Shown here piece after piece: positions 44,807-59,572 of a stretch of 64,000 nucleotides of DNA. Location of the stretch: assembly GCF_009914755.1 (NCBI RefSeq), contig NC_060926.1; one strand, written 5' to 3'. Numbering within the stretch: the stretch's first letter is position 1; each line of letters begins with the position of its first letter. Source of the DNA: the human T2T-CHM13v2.0 reference genome, Homo sapiens. The notes under the pieces are model-generated. The model searched no databases, was not told where the DNA came from, and saw only the letters and a list, made by a program, of their open reading frames with translations. Position numbers and translations under genes: made by a program.

Positions 44807-45507
44807 AAAAATTACTTTTTTGAGAAAGTGTCATATTATTTTTCACAGCGAATGATTATCTTTTAAAGAGAGTTAAATAAGAAATAATATTTAATGATGT
44901 AGTTAACATTTCTGGTGTTCTTTTTATTGTATAGATCCATATTTTTATCTGGTATCATTTTCCTCCTGCTGGAAGGATAAAACATTTTTGTAAGCAGGTC
45001 TGCTGCCCATTTAAAAAATTAAGTTATTTTTCTTTTTATCATTGAGTCATAAGAGTTCTTTTTATCTGTGGACACAAGCCTGCTCATATGATTTTCAGAT
45101 ATTATCTCTCAGTCTATGGCTTATCTTTTCACTTTCTTGAGGGCGACCTTTGAAAAGGTTTTAATTTTGATGAAGTCCAATGAATCAGTCTTCTTCTCTT
45201 TTTTGACTTCTGCTTTTGATATCATGCTAAGAAATGCTTGTCTAACCCAAGTTCATGAGGATCTACTCTTGTTTGCTTCAAGAGTTTTATTGTTTTATCT
45301 CTTATATTGAGTTCCGTGATCCATTTTGTACATATTTTGAGGTGGGAGTCCAAATTTATGCTTCTGGATGTAGATACTCAGTTGTCTCACACCATTTGTT
45401 GAAAAGACTATTCTTTCCTCATTTAATTGTCTTGGTCCCTTTGTTAAAGATCAATGGACTATTAAATGTTAAAATTTATTTCTGAAATTTCAATTCTGTT
45501 CTCTTGA

Positions 45508-45858
<351 letters not shown>

Positions 45859-46167
45859 TAATACATTTAAGATTTTTTTCTTTATCACTGATTTTGGGTT
45901 ATGATATTCATTGATGTAGTTTTCTTCATGTTTCTTGTGCTTTGGTTTATTGAACTTCATGTGTCCGAAGGCCTGTTATTTTAATCACATTTGGACAAAT
46001 TTTGGTCACTGTTTCTTAAATATTTTTTTCTATTCTCCTACCACCCTTCCCAGGAATCCCAAAGATATTTATATTTTTTCTGCTTATAATTGTAGATGGC
46101 TTTATTTTTTTCCCCAATCATTTTGCCCTGTGTTTCATTTTTCTGTTGCTACATCTTCAAGTTCATT

Positions 46168-46462
46168 CTTTTTATTTTTATTTTTTCTGAGACAGGGCCT
46201 CACTTCTGTCACCCAGGCTGGAGTACAGTGGCATGATCACAGCTCACTGCAGCCTTGACTTCCCAGGCTTAGGCGATCCTCCCACCTCAGTCTCCCGACT
46301 ACAGTCATGTGCCACCACTCTCAGCTAATTTTTTGTATTTTTAGAAGACAGAGGGTTTTGCCATGTTGCCCAGGCAGTTCTTGAACTCCTGGGCTCCGGT
46401 GATCTGTCCACCTTGGCCTCCCGAAGTGCTGGGATTATAGGCGTGAGCCACCGTGCTCGGCC
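46168..46462 (-). mobile_element. Alu (AluJ-like)
   Basis: Reverse dimer. Confidence 0.92.
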
Positions 46463-48517
46463 ATTTAATTTTTTTGTTAAATCTTCTATTAACCCCATCT
46501 AGTGTATTTTTTATTTTGCATTGTTTTTTCTTCTGGACAACTTATTGACAGCCTAGAGATAAAGTTTTGTCATGCCTCTCTGAACTCACCCCCTGCTTTA
46601 TCCTATTGCTAGTGGTACATTGTCATTTTCATCCCAAGAAGTTTTATTTGGGTCATTTTTATGTTTTCCATGTGTCTCCTTAACTTTTTGACAGTTTTAA
46701 AAACTTCTAAATGTCTTTGCTAATTTTAACATCTTTGTCAGTGCTCAGTTTCAGTTGACTGACTTATCTCCTTACTGTGGGCCATATTTTTTTTGCTGCT
46801 TTGTATGTCTGATAGTTTTTACTAGATGTTTCACATTGTGAGTCTTATCTCGTGTGCTGGCTACTTTTTATTCTTAGAAATATTCTTGATATTTGTTATG
46901 GGATGCAGTTGAATTACTTGGAAACTGTTTGATTCTTTCTAGTTTTGCTTTTAACCCTTGCTAGTTAAGACTGGGGCAGTACCTTGTTTAGGAGTCATTA
47001 TTTTCTACTATTGAGGCTAGACCTTTCTGTCTCTTCTAATTTTGTGAATTCTGAAATTTTCTAGTTTGGCTGGTGGGAACAGGAACTCTTTCCAGTGCTG
47101 TGTGGGAGGTAGGTGTACTCTTCCCTGTAATCCTTTTGAGTGATTCTTTCCCCAGACCATGCATTGATTCCTCACACACATGCATTGATCATTATTAAGC
47201 TGAATACTCAAAGAGGACCCTGTGAAGATCTCTAGGGTTTTCTCTCTTTGCAGCTATTTTTTCTGTGGTACTCTGTCCAGATTACGAGTTGTTTTGGTCT
47301 CAGTAATCTCAGCTCTGTCATCTCAACTCAGAGAGTCTACTGTCCTCTGCCTGGGTTTCTTCCCCTCTGCACTGCAGTCCAAAAAGTATCTCAAGGCAGT
47401 AAGCTAGGGTAAGGCTCACCTCATTTGTTTCCCAAATTTTGGAGATCGTTGTTCTTTGTTGCTTGATCAGTGTCTTACAAACTATTGTTTCATAGAGTTT
47501 TGTCTGTTTTTTCTTTGCTTTAGGTGGGAATGTAGATTTAGTTTCTGTTACTCTATCTGTCTTGGACATAAGCAGATGTCCCTTTTGTCTACTTTTATTT
47601 ATTTATTTTTTGGGAGAGGAGGTCTTGCTATATCAACAGGCTGGTCTCGAACTACTCAAGGAATTCTCCTGCTCCAGTCTCCTGAGTACCTGGGACTACA
47701 GGCATGAGCCCACTGCACCTTATTTACTTTTTAATGGGAAAAATTTGTGTTGGAATATTCTAGATGGAATTCTCTCTCTACTCAGACGTTAGATCATATT
47801 AAGATAGTGCTGAGATTTTAAGAAAATCTGTTCAAATTAAATAGTTAATTGAAACCAGATTAACAGAAAGTACTATTCTTAGCATTCAGAGATAGTGAAT
47901 AAATAAGATGAGGCTGAGATTTATATTGCTTTATGGATACTTAAAATTGAATATGTAGGACAGGATTTCTTAAACAAGATAGCACAAATAATAAAGGGAC
48001 GATTGATTCATTTTCATCTAAAAACACTAAAAAATAAACAGTTAATATTTGTGGAGCACTCACTGTGTGCCGGGTACTCTTCTAAGTACTTTAAATATAT
48101 TAGGTCATGTAATCTTTACAACTCTTTGCAGTTTGGTTATTGTCACAGTGCTCATTTTTCAGATGCAGCTGAGGCATGAAGCATAAAAAGCAAACAGTGA
48201 GCTACGGCTTGGGAAAGTTTTATCTAACATATAATTGACAAGGTATTAGTCAATTATGTGAGCTTTGACAAATCAATAAGAAAAAGATATCCATTTAAAA
48301 ATGGGCAAAAGATACAAACATTAGTAGAAGCAGAAATGTACCATAAACATGTATATGCTAGTGAGAGTATACAACCCTCTTGGAAAAACTTTTGGCAGAA
48401 TCTGTTAACAATGAAGATTTGACTAACCTACAACCCAGCAAATCTTCTCCTAATTACATTCCCTAGAGAACGTCTCCCACATGGATACTGGGACATTCAT
48501 AACAGCATTGCTTATAA

Positions 48518-48735
48518 CAGGGTTTGATAATCTTTTCTTTAAAGGGCTAGATAGTAAATATTTTAGGCTCATGGACCATATGATATCTGTCACAACTACT
48601 CATTCTGCCATTGTAGTGCTAAAGCAGCCATATATTACAAAAATGAATGGGCCTGGCCATGTTCCAATAAAATTTCACTTTAAAAAACAGTCAGCTGGTT
48701 TGCCGATAGGTTGTAGTTTGGAGATCCCTAGTTTA
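48518..48735. mobile_element. MER58-like hAT element
   Basis: TAAAGGGCTAGATAGTAAATATTTTAGGC...GTTCCAATAAAATTT. Confidence 0.75.
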
Positions 48736-49381
48736 TAATTTCAGGAAATTGAAAATGGCCCAACTATCCATCAGTAGGAGAATGTGTACATAATTGTACT
48801 TAATAGTGGAAGTTTGTAAAGTATTGAAAAATGAATAATCCTCACATAGTTCATACTAATGAAAAAGCACATGGAGGAATAATTCTATACGATTGTTTTT
48901 ATGTACAATTTTAAGATACCCAAAATGATACTGCATGTTATTTGTGTATACTTATGTAGTAAAGGTATAAAGAAATGCACGATCACTAAGATGAGAATAG
49001 CGGTGACATCTGAGGATATGGAGTAAGGATGCAGTTAGTCAGGGAAAAGGACACAGGAGCTTCAACCCAGCTGCTTTAGTGATGTTTTATTTCATAGGCT
49101 GGGTGTAGTGAACTATTGTATTATTCATTAGACCTTTTTGTATTTCCTAAATATTTCATAATAAATTTTAAAAGAAATAAAGTAAATAACAGTGGTTAGA
49201 AAAAACATTTGTTCCTACTCCAGGTAGTTGTCACGTGGCTCTTTCTTCCTCTCTGCTGCTCACATACCTGGTTCATTGGCCTCTCACTCCCAGAGAGGCA
49301 TCTTTCTATCTTAGGCCGAAGACAGATCAGCTTTCTAGGTAAATGACCCTTTTGCTCAGTCCGCTGCCGAATTGGCTTACT

Positions 49382-49461
49382 ATAGGTTGGTGCAAAATTC
49401 ACTGCAAATTTTGCTATTGAAAGTAATGGCAAAAACTGCAATTACTTTTGCATCAACATAG
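49382..49461. mobile_element. MADE1 mariner MITE (~80-bp palindrome)
   Basis: TAGGTTGGTGCAAAA...TTGAAAGTAATGGCAAAAACTGCAATTACTTTTTGCATCAACATA. Confidence 0.88.
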
Positions 49462-50471
49462 TATCTACAGTCTGTTGTTTTATAAGTATGCGTCAAATCC
49501 TAATAGTTCCCCTTTCTCTAGCCTCTCATTTGTTATGCCTTTTGGATATACTTACTCTTCCTAGAGAAAGGATCTAAATTTCTTAATGGAGACCACACAG
49601 GCAAAGGATTGCCTTTGGCATTTTCATGTATGCCTGGCTCACAGAGGCATCAGAATGCCTGCTTGGCATGTTTGTGGGTGAGATAGTGAGTCAAAAATAA
49701 AAGCTAAAACTGCATTTATTTATAAAGAGATTGAAGAGTTATTTATTGAGCATCTTTTTTGTGTGTGTTTGGTAGTCTTTCCTAGTGTGGAGTTCTTTCA
49801 ATTATTTCAGTACACTTCTCTAAACTTTTTGACTTTTCTATTTAAGATGTTCGATCAGGTAACAGATGTAGTCTGTGGAGCACTGACCTAGATCCTATGT
49901 GAAGTTACAAACAAGTGAATGCCAAACCCTTACAGAGTGTTTGAATTAATGGAGACTTAATTACATGATGAGGAGAAGAGTTGTAGCAGAGAATATGTAG
50001 GGCAGCTGAGGTGTGCTCCTCAGAGGAGGGAGGAGAGTCTGCTGTGAGCCAGACGAGCAGGGTGGGGTTGGAGAGACCAGCAGGGCTTGCAAGGTATGGT
50101 CTAAACTGTGAATGTTTTCTTGCCTAAAGTAAAAGATGTATTTGTTGATTAATGAATAATTATGTTAGCATTTGGAGAGAGAAGATACTTCAAAGTTGAT
50201 ATTGATTTCCAACAAGATTAAAAATATGATATGTATAACATTGAGATGTAGATTTAATTTGTATTCTTTTCATAAGAGGGAACTGGGAATGTCCATTTGG
50301 TGAGGGTACTTAAGTCTTAAAAGTATGCTTATTTAAAGACAAATACGTGGTAACATTTTTAAAGAAATGTTGGTATGTTTAGTAATATAAAGTTGCCTTT
50401 GGCTTAAGCTAGGCAGAACAAATAAAATGTGTAAGGAACTTAGAATAGAAAGTACTTGTAGTTACTTGGGG

Positions 50472-50653
50472 ATAGGGTTGCCAGATTTGGCAAATGAAAA
50501 TACTGGATGCCCAGTTAAATTTGAATTTCAGATAAGTAACCATTAATTTTTAGTATAAGTATGTCCCAAATACTGCCTGGGATGTACTTAGTAAAAATAC
50601 TTATTTATCTGAAATTCAAATTTAACTTAGTATCATGTATCTGGCAATCCTAT
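50472..50653. mobile_element. MER53 palindromic DNA element
   Basis: TIRs ATAGGGTTGCCAGAT / ATCTGGCAATCCTAT and a perfect internal 23-bp inverted repeat. Confidence 0.85.
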
Positions 50654-52473
50654 TTGAGGATGAAGAACTTCAGTAATTTATACCAAGAAGGAAGTTAACT
50701 AGTCCTAAAACTAGATGTGATAATGTTTAATTTTGAGTGAATAACTGACTGTTGTAATGGTTTTGAATAGTCTTAAACTGTTCCATTTTGGGCAGGGCCT
50801 AACCAGCCATTTGCAGACAGACAGATAAAATGTTATTATAGTTGTGTTGACTTAACTTTGAACCTTGTAATGTTGTGTCTTGATTAATCAAAGTAGCAGG
50901 AAGGAGAGGAGATCTCAGATCATTTCCAATAAGAGTAAAAACAAAATTAACTAAATTGAGGAATAAGTGGATTTCATGTTCACATAAATACATTTATAGT
51001 TAATCACTAGATTGCTGTAATGCAGGTATAGTTAGAAGCAGTTAGATTTTGGAGATTTTGGATATGGTCTGAAGGTATTCCATATCTTGATTAATGGTAT
51101 TGATAGTTACTCTGCTGCCTAAGGCAAAACCTGCAATCATATTGTACTTCTCCATTTCCCCCAAGTGTAATTAGTCTCCAAGTATTATACTGTGGAGTGT
51201 GCTTCAAATGTTTCTTCTCATCATTGCCTCTGCTTATTTCAGCCTTCCTATAATCCTGTCTGTGTCCTCCTTTGTCCAATCTCCCTTAGTAAATCTTCCC
51301 ACCACCAGAAATTCTGTAGTTCTTTTTAAAATGTGGAATTTATTACTCTATTCATTTGTTTGAATATCCTTAATGAGGCCTCAGTCATTTTCAGTTTAAG
51401 ATAAAAATTATGTTCTTCAGGCCAAAGTGTAGTGACTCAAGGGGATGGGAAAGAGAAGTCCACCTATACCTTTTTGGCATGATCAGGATCATCTGGGAGC
51501 TTTCTAAAATGATTGGTATGGTAGTGTGTCATTGTTGCTGGTGAAGGTGGTCTTATCACTTAGCTTATACTAGGGCAGAAAGAAGGTTGCAGAGTAGTAT
51601 CACAGAATGGCCCCTTTGGCCCTTTTATGAGTTGTTCTAGAATTTCTATCCTTCATGATTTGTCTCTGTCTACATTCATCTTTTGCTCTGACCTTCTCAT
51701 ATCTCAAAGTAGCCATATTATACTCTGTAAGTCCTCAAGTTTCCCATACCATTCTGCTCATCCATTATATTACTTTTTGTAAGGTGTTCTCTGTAAAGGA
51801 AAGCCCTTTGCCCCCATTGTGTATTAATGAATTTACTACTTTCTTTCTAGACTGCTTAAATGATCCCTTACCCTCCTCTTTCCCCTGGAAGTCTTCTATG
51901 GTGTGCTAGTCAGGAAAGGTTGATTATGTTTCAGGAATAACCTCCAAATCTCAATGGTTTAAAACCAGAAAGCTTTCTTTTTCACTCATACTGTATGTCT
52001 ACATGGGTCGTCTGGGTGCTCTGTTCTGTGGTATCATTACTGTGGGACTCAAGCTGATACAGCGCTATCATTGAACACTGACTCCTTAAAAAGCTTTGAT
52101 TGAAAGTGACATGGCCACTCTGCTTACATTTTATTGGCTGAAGAGGGTCACATGTTCATACCTAACCTCAAGAGGTTAGGGAAGTGCAGTCGTACTATGT
52201 GCCTGAGAGAGCGGAACCAGAAATATTTCAGGGAGAGCAGCAATTAGTGTCTCTAGCCTGATTAGTCTCTCTACTTCATATATCTATGATAATTTGTAAA
52301 CCTCTGTATCTCACTAAATTGAAATTATAATAAACGCTGTAGTAATTCAGAATTTGATGCATTTGGTGATTGGCTCAAGACCTCTGAAATTCCTAGACAA
52401 CTGGCTGGACAAACTAACCATAGCCATTTCATTAACCTCACAATAATGAAATCCTTGTTTTATAAGTTTATAT

Positions 52474-52648
52474 CAGTGGTTTTCAACCTTGGCTGTACTT
52501 TAGAATAACTTGGGGAGCTAAATAAAAAAAGATTCCTGAGCCTCAATCCAGAGCAATTAAATCAGAGTCTCTGAGGGTGGGCCCAGGCATCAGAATTTTT
52601 TAAGCTCTCCTTGTAATTCTGAGCTATAAATACAGTTAAGAACCTCTG
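52474..52648. mobile_element. MER5A-like element
   Basis: CAGTGGTTTTCAACCTTGGCTG...AAATCAGAGTCTCTGAGGGTGGGCCCAGG...TTAAGAACCTCTG. Confidence 0.75.
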
Positions 52649-54547
52649 GCTTACATTCATTGCTTATTTACTTTCTGGGGAGGCGCTTTGAAATAGGGCC
52701 TTGCTTTTATTATATTACCAAGACTTACTCTCTTTCCTTTTATTTTGCCACTAAAATAATAAACTACACCAAGTTACAATCAAGTATTGATTTTTATATA
52801 TACTGTGTATTTTCTGTCTCCTATATTACATTTTAAGGACTAGGACCACATCTAACTGGTTTGTCATATACCCAGTGCATGTCATACTATCTGCCATCCA
52901 GTTTCCCAAGTCTATTTTTTCTTCCTTTTTTTCAAATAGTCGTGCCCACATTCACCCATTTTTTTGGATTCCCTCTCCTCTGTGTGGTGCTTTCTTTTTC
53001 TTGTATTGTTCCTTTGTCTTTCTCTTCTTTCATTAGATGAGGTAAATAACATTTGAGAAATAAAGCAAAATGTAATTATATTTGAAAAATGTAAAGCAAG
53101 ATACACACAAACAGGAAGGTTATTTGTATTCTGTGTTAACACCTCCAGGGCCCAGCTTTTATGACTGCTTAGTGGCTCTAACAGCTGATCACAGTAGCAT
53201 CCACTTAACCTTCAGCTCCTTTGATCAGTGATCCAGCTAATCCCAGACTTGAACTCTGTGTCTTCTCATCCAGTGGTGTCCATTGCTTGGATGTCAGATA
53301 ATCAGCTCTTTATAATTTTATTAAAAGAATATTTTGTTCTGAGAACTGTATATTAAAGAGAAAATAATCTGGCTTTAAGACTATGAGTCAGATGTAAAAT
53401 TTATACAAATTCTATAAACTGAAAAGATACTCTATATCATAATAGTGAAATCTTGGGTCCTTAAGACTTAATATTTTATGTGGAAAAATATGTCATCTTA
53501 TCCTTCAAATATTGTCTTTATAACTGTGTATTTATTTTAGGCATGTCAGGGAATTCCAAAATGATTTATATTCTTAAGTGCTGAATATTTTTCATAAAGC
53601 CAAAAGTATGGATAAGGAAGAGCATGTCTACTTTAAAGATGACCTTGCTTATTTGAAAAGTCACATCCTCAGAAAAACAACCATTGAAATTTAAACAGTA
53701 TTCACTCATGTTTGACTAATTAGGAATCCACGCTTTAGTTAGCTCATTTTATTGTTTAAAAAGCTTTGAGTGGTAATGTGTTTTATGTCTCTCTGCCTTT
53801 CAGTGTGTCATTTTTATCTTCCCAGAATGCCTTTTCCCTCCCTCCCCCTTTTCTTACTTGGAAAAGGTCTATGTATTCCCTAATTCTTAGCATAAAGGAA
53901 GATTTTACCCAATAGATTGCTGTCACTTATGTGTGTGTTCCCTATTTATGCATCTATTTTTGTACTTATTCTATATTGCAGTTATGGTTCTTCTCTTTCT
54001 TCCCTGCCTTCTACTTTGTAAACATTTTCAGGGCAGGGACTTTCCTACTTGTGTGTAGCTAGTACATGGTATGTGGGCTGTCAAGTCTAGTTGTTGAGTG
54101 AATAAATAAAAACGTAGATTATTTGTATGTCTCTCTGTGTGTAATATTTCATACATGGCTTTGCATATTATAATTTAGAAGATGGGCTAGTTAATGAATT
54201 ATGAATTATGGGTGCTTCCCAAAATAACCAGTTAATTTATTTTTTATTTATTTTTACATGTTTTGTGATTTAAATACATAAATAAATAGTACCATAGCTG
54301 AACAGTATTTTCAAAAGGGCCACTGGCACTATAAGAACTCTAAAGCCAGTTGCAGTCTTTTGTGGAACAATTCTGATACCTCAGTGTTCTGTTATGAGAC
54401 GTTCAGGTTCTGCTTGATTCTGGGCCCCTCTTTCCAGTTATGTTTTTGCCAATCTTAAATGTTTATATTTTCTGGTTTCTGAAGTTTGAACTGATCTCCG
54501 TGAATGATGCTGTGTGTATGTGTGTCAGATGGTGGGGGGTTGGTGGA

Positions 54548-54740
54548 GACAGAGTCTCACTCTTGCCCAGGCTAGAGTACAGTGGCACTGTGTTGGCTTA
54601 CTGCAGCCTCCACTTCCCAGGCTCAAATGATCCTCCCACCTGAGCCCTCCAAGTGGCTGAGACTACAGATTTGAGCCACCACACCTGGCTAATTTTTGTA
54701 GTTTTTTGTAGAGACGGTTTCGTCATGTTGCCCAGGCTGC
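54548..54740 (-). mobile_element. Partial Alu (AluJ-like)
   Basis: Right arm plus part of the left arm, reverse. Confidence 0.85.
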
Positions 54741-57700
54741 TGAATGATGTTTTTTTATAACAAAGGTAGTCGAGCATTGTGCTTGGTCCTTACTTGTTGC
54801 AGTGGAGCACGGTGATTGTTACCCAAAGTGGGAGACAGCCATTTCCTATTCTGATGAGACAGATTTCATAGATATCTAAAGTGATTGGTGCTCATGGTAT
54901 ATTTCACACACACATAGAAACTTTGTTTTTAGTTTTTGTGGGTTGATAGTGGGTATATATATTTATGAAGTATACACACACATTTTTTAAATAGGTGAAA
55001 ATTGTTTCAAAGTGAGTACCAAGGGTGGTCTTAAAGGGAAAGAAATGTCATAGTTAGGCATTGTGCACTGGGCTGCCAGCCCCTATGTTACTTTGATAGG
55101 GTCTCTTTATAACCAGATAATGGTGTCATTTCCCCCTCTCCCCTGCTATTACATCGCTTCACCCCACTGCCTGTTTCTTGCTGCAGTTTTTATATTCTCA
55201 AAATACTGGCTGTAGGGCCACCAAACTTAGGTGTGCTATATTGGAGGAACTCAGTAGGCCTAGGAAAAGAAACTTTTCAGAGAGGCAGGAACCGAATTTG
55301 TTAAATAATTAGAAAATTTCAGAGGAGGTGGGTGAGGTAGGAAAGGGATATAGAGTATGGTATAGGAATATAGTATAATTCTCATTGTTTGACATCCTTG
55401 AACCATTATATTTCCCATTGTTTTCTTGTCTCTTGCTAATCAAATTTTTAATAAAGAAATATATCGTTGGTTAAACTTACTCAAGAACCTAGGTATATTT
55501 CAACAGTGGGTGAAATTATGTCTTTATTGTCATGTTGGCAATTATTTATTGATTTATTATGCAAGGTACATAGTGTTAGGTATGTTTTCTAATGTTTAAT
55601 TCTTACTCTGATATTATGAGTTTTTACTAAAGTCAGTACTTTCAGGATTACTCAGAGATGAAAGATGCAGTATATGTATATTTTTATTTGTAGTATTTGT
55701 AATATTATATAATTGCATTTTATTTTAAATTTCTATAATGCTTAAAATTGGCAATATTAGTATTTATAAATGTAGCATTTGAAAAGCAATGCATCATTAT
55801 TTTGACATTTCCATTCTTATTTTCTTTCTTTCTTTTTGTCTTTCTTTTTTTCTTTTAAAGAATTAATGCACCATCTGGAAACCTCTGAGATCATGCCATA
55901 AAAGGAATTTGGACTTTTTTGGCAACCAATCATCAGACTATGCTGTGATTATGCACCTTATCAGAATAATAAAACATAATTGGAAAGGTGTATTAACTCG
56001 TTTATGTTTTAAAACACTTTTATATTAAGGATTCTTGTATAGACATTATGGGAATAAAAAATTTCTACTGCTGTATCCCAAGGTTAAGATGATTAATGGG
56101 ACAGTTGTTGGATCCGCAAACAGAAATGTAAATGGAAACCCTATGTGATTAAATTGTTCTGAGCTATTTCTAAACACTATCTCCTCTATCTTCTTTTCAG
56201 TGTTAAAATAGGCAAATACAAATTAGTTTATATGTTTTTCTGAGGGGAGAGTTGCAGTATTACATTGCAATTAATTTGCTCTACTCTTCTCTTCTGAATA
56301 ATATAGTCATTGAAACTGTCAGCCAAAGGATGTTTTTTTTGGAACATTTTTTTTTAACTCTAAAAAGTAACAAGTTTTTTAAATTAATTGAAAGCAAACA
56401 GCTGAAATCATGCATTGAAAGGGTTAAGTCGACATGAAAGAATTCATTTCCACTTTAATGACCTAGCCTTGCTGGGTTAGGACGATGGGGAACATGCTTC
56501 TGACTTGTACTCCTATTGCCAATTAACACCTCCTATAACAGGTTGCCTTAGCTAGTCATTGAAGCTCATGCAGTAGAAATAGTTTACATGCAGCTTGTTT
56601 TTCACACTAGTTGTTTAATACAAAATTAAAGTATTAAAAGGTTGTTTCTTACCTTGCTGGGTAAGAGATAAACAGTACAATGGTAGTTAGTTGTATGTGT
56701 TTGAATTCATTTATGTTGCATTTTTTTAAGGGAATTTTTAATTGAGGAAACTGAATGTAGTGGTTTCATCAGAATTTTTGATTTTATGATAAAATTTGTT
56801 GAGGGTTATATTAGATACCATAAAATTAAGAATTATTTTCCATCAACTCAATAAATTATATGTTTAGGTTTTGTTTTAAAACATATAATCACCTTCATTT
56901 GTTCCTAAAGCCTATTTTCTTTTTTGTTATAAAGCATATATTTTAACAGACTTTTAAAAATAATTTTTAAAACACAGGACTAAATATGCACTTTTAAATA
57001 GCCATTATAAAAATAAGCCATATGTAATATTTAAATATTCAAACTCCTTTTTTTTTTTTTTACAAATTTTTGAAATGTTTAATGTCATTTCCCGAGATAA
57101 CTTTATATTTTTAGATATTTTTGGAATGTTGCAGTTCAGTGATGCTATTTATTTTACATTTCTTTTAAGTGACACTTTAGTTCATGTTTAATCAGCAGGT
57201 ATTTTAATAACATAATAAAATTGGCTAAATAATTGATACCAGTTCACACTAAGAGAAAGGTGGAGTAATATAACTAATAGTGTTAACAAATTTGTTAAAA
57301 GGCCTGAGTAGGTAACACTTTGAGGCATTAGTTTTTATGCTGTTATAATGGCAAATGCCTTTTTTTTTTTTTTTTAGCACTTAGTCAACAAGGGCTACCC
57401 ATGTAAAAGTCACAGGTTTTTATACTGGATCAGATTTTAATCTTCTAAATGGAAAAAAAAAAATCCACCTCATGCCTCAGTTAATTTAACCACATTTAAA
57501 ATTTGTAAACCTGGATGATAATATCTGTCTTACTAAATGTGTCACATCATAACTCATTGTACTGAGGTTTGTTTGCCTTTGCAGAATTCATAACAGGTTT
57601 TATATCATTGGTTGCTTAGATTTTCATGAATGAATAAAGGCTGGTCACACTGCTTGTGCCTGTGGCTCAGCTTTTTACCCTACAGTTCTGTTAGATCACT

Positions 57701-58950
57701 GACTTATAATTTTAGTCTGTTTAAAGGTATGGATTTTCCCCCTTTTTATAACAAACTTATTTTCAAGAGTCAGAATTACTTAAGTGATTTCAAAGTCGCT
57801 TGTAGGAATTTAGTATTGAGGATTTATATAGCAAAAGTAATTATTTCAGTTCCTTGTTTTACAAGGGATATGTGCATTTTAGTTTCATATTTTTTACAGA
57901 AGTATGTAACTATAAATCATATTCCAATTTTCAAATGGTAATATTCATTTAAGTTTTAGCAGCAGACTGTGAAGTTGCAGAATATTCAGATGTTTCTTAT
58001 TTACTTTTCTATTGTCAGTGATGTGTGTGCTTATTTTATAGTGGCATTGTATGAAAGACGAGACTATTTTATGTAGCTTAAGTACCTCTTTAGTTATACT
58101 GGTGCCTTCGTTTATTCTAATAGGTATTATTAAATGACCTTGAAGTTTAAGTTCCATCACATTCAATCTCCAATCAATGACTTCCTGTTCTTTTTTTTTT
58201 TTTAATGGTGGTGAAACAGTTGTTATAAGGTCAACAAAGTTAACTTGAATAGTTCACATACTGTATAAGCTGATAATTTTAGAACTATGCTCTTGATTAA
58301 GCACCAGAAAAAAGACTTTTTTTCCATTACTTTTTTTTATAGTGGTAACAGCCTAAGCCAATTTTAAAAATTCAAAAAGTATTTGGAGGCCAGGTTTTCA
58401 TTTGGTTTATATCATTATATAATTTTTTTAACCTCACTTTACCCAGCATTTCCCTGACTTTCTTAAACATAATAATTTCTCAATAAATAAAACATGATTG
58501 AAGTGATTGACACTCTGTAAATCCAGGTCTTTTTTAGTCCTATAAATAGGACATGTATAATTTGTCCTCATGTGATCACTTAGTCCATTTTAGTTGAATG
58601 TAAATACAAACTAGCAATAAAATAGTTATAACTTAAGTCTAACTTAAGAAAATATGTTAACAGTTTCTACTTGTGAAATCTTTAGTTTCTTATTTATGTC
58701 TAGGATTGGAAATATGAGACATAAGGGTAGGGGTAAAGGGACTTGGAAACTTACTGTGGGTGAGGGATAAAAACCGTGCGCTGTCTCCTTTCCGCTAGGT
58801 AGCTCCTCCCAATCCTGAAACTTTGTGTCTCTGCCCATTTCTGCCCATTACAACCTCATTAATCTGACCAGTCCTACTCTACATTTCCCCTCACTGAAAC
58901 CCTTGACTCATACGTTTTTCTCCTTAAGTTTTTTCATGTTTAAAGAGCCT

Positions 58951-59148
58951 GGCCGGGCACGGTGGCTCACGCCTGTAATCCCAACACTTTGGGAGGCTGA
59001 GGCGGGTGGATCATGAGATCAGGAGTTTGAGACCAGTCTGGCCAACATGGTGAAACCCCGTCTCCACCAAAGATACCAAAAATACAGGTGTGGTGGCATG
59101 TACCTGTAATCCCAGCTACTTGGGAGGCTGAGGCAAGAGAGTCACTTC
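58951..59148 (+). mobile_element. 3'-truncated Alu (no A-tail)
   Basis: Alu 5' end; sequence stops at AGAGTCACTT in the right arm. Confidence 0.88.
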
Positions 59149-59269
59149 AATATCTTTATTTGCTCAGGGCATAGCCATCTAGCACATGAAGTATCTTGAA
59201 AACCCTTCGTATTTGAGACTTCTGTTTCTATAAGGAATTAGTGTCCTATTTTTGTTGTTTATTCAGTTC

Positions 59270-59572
<303 letters not shown>

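Noticed and set aside
55212-55235. TAGGGCCACC resembling the start of the next PSMD14 coding exon (GPP...)
   Set aside because: No pyrimidine tract, and the translation does not continue as Rpn11; the next exon appears to lie beyond the window.
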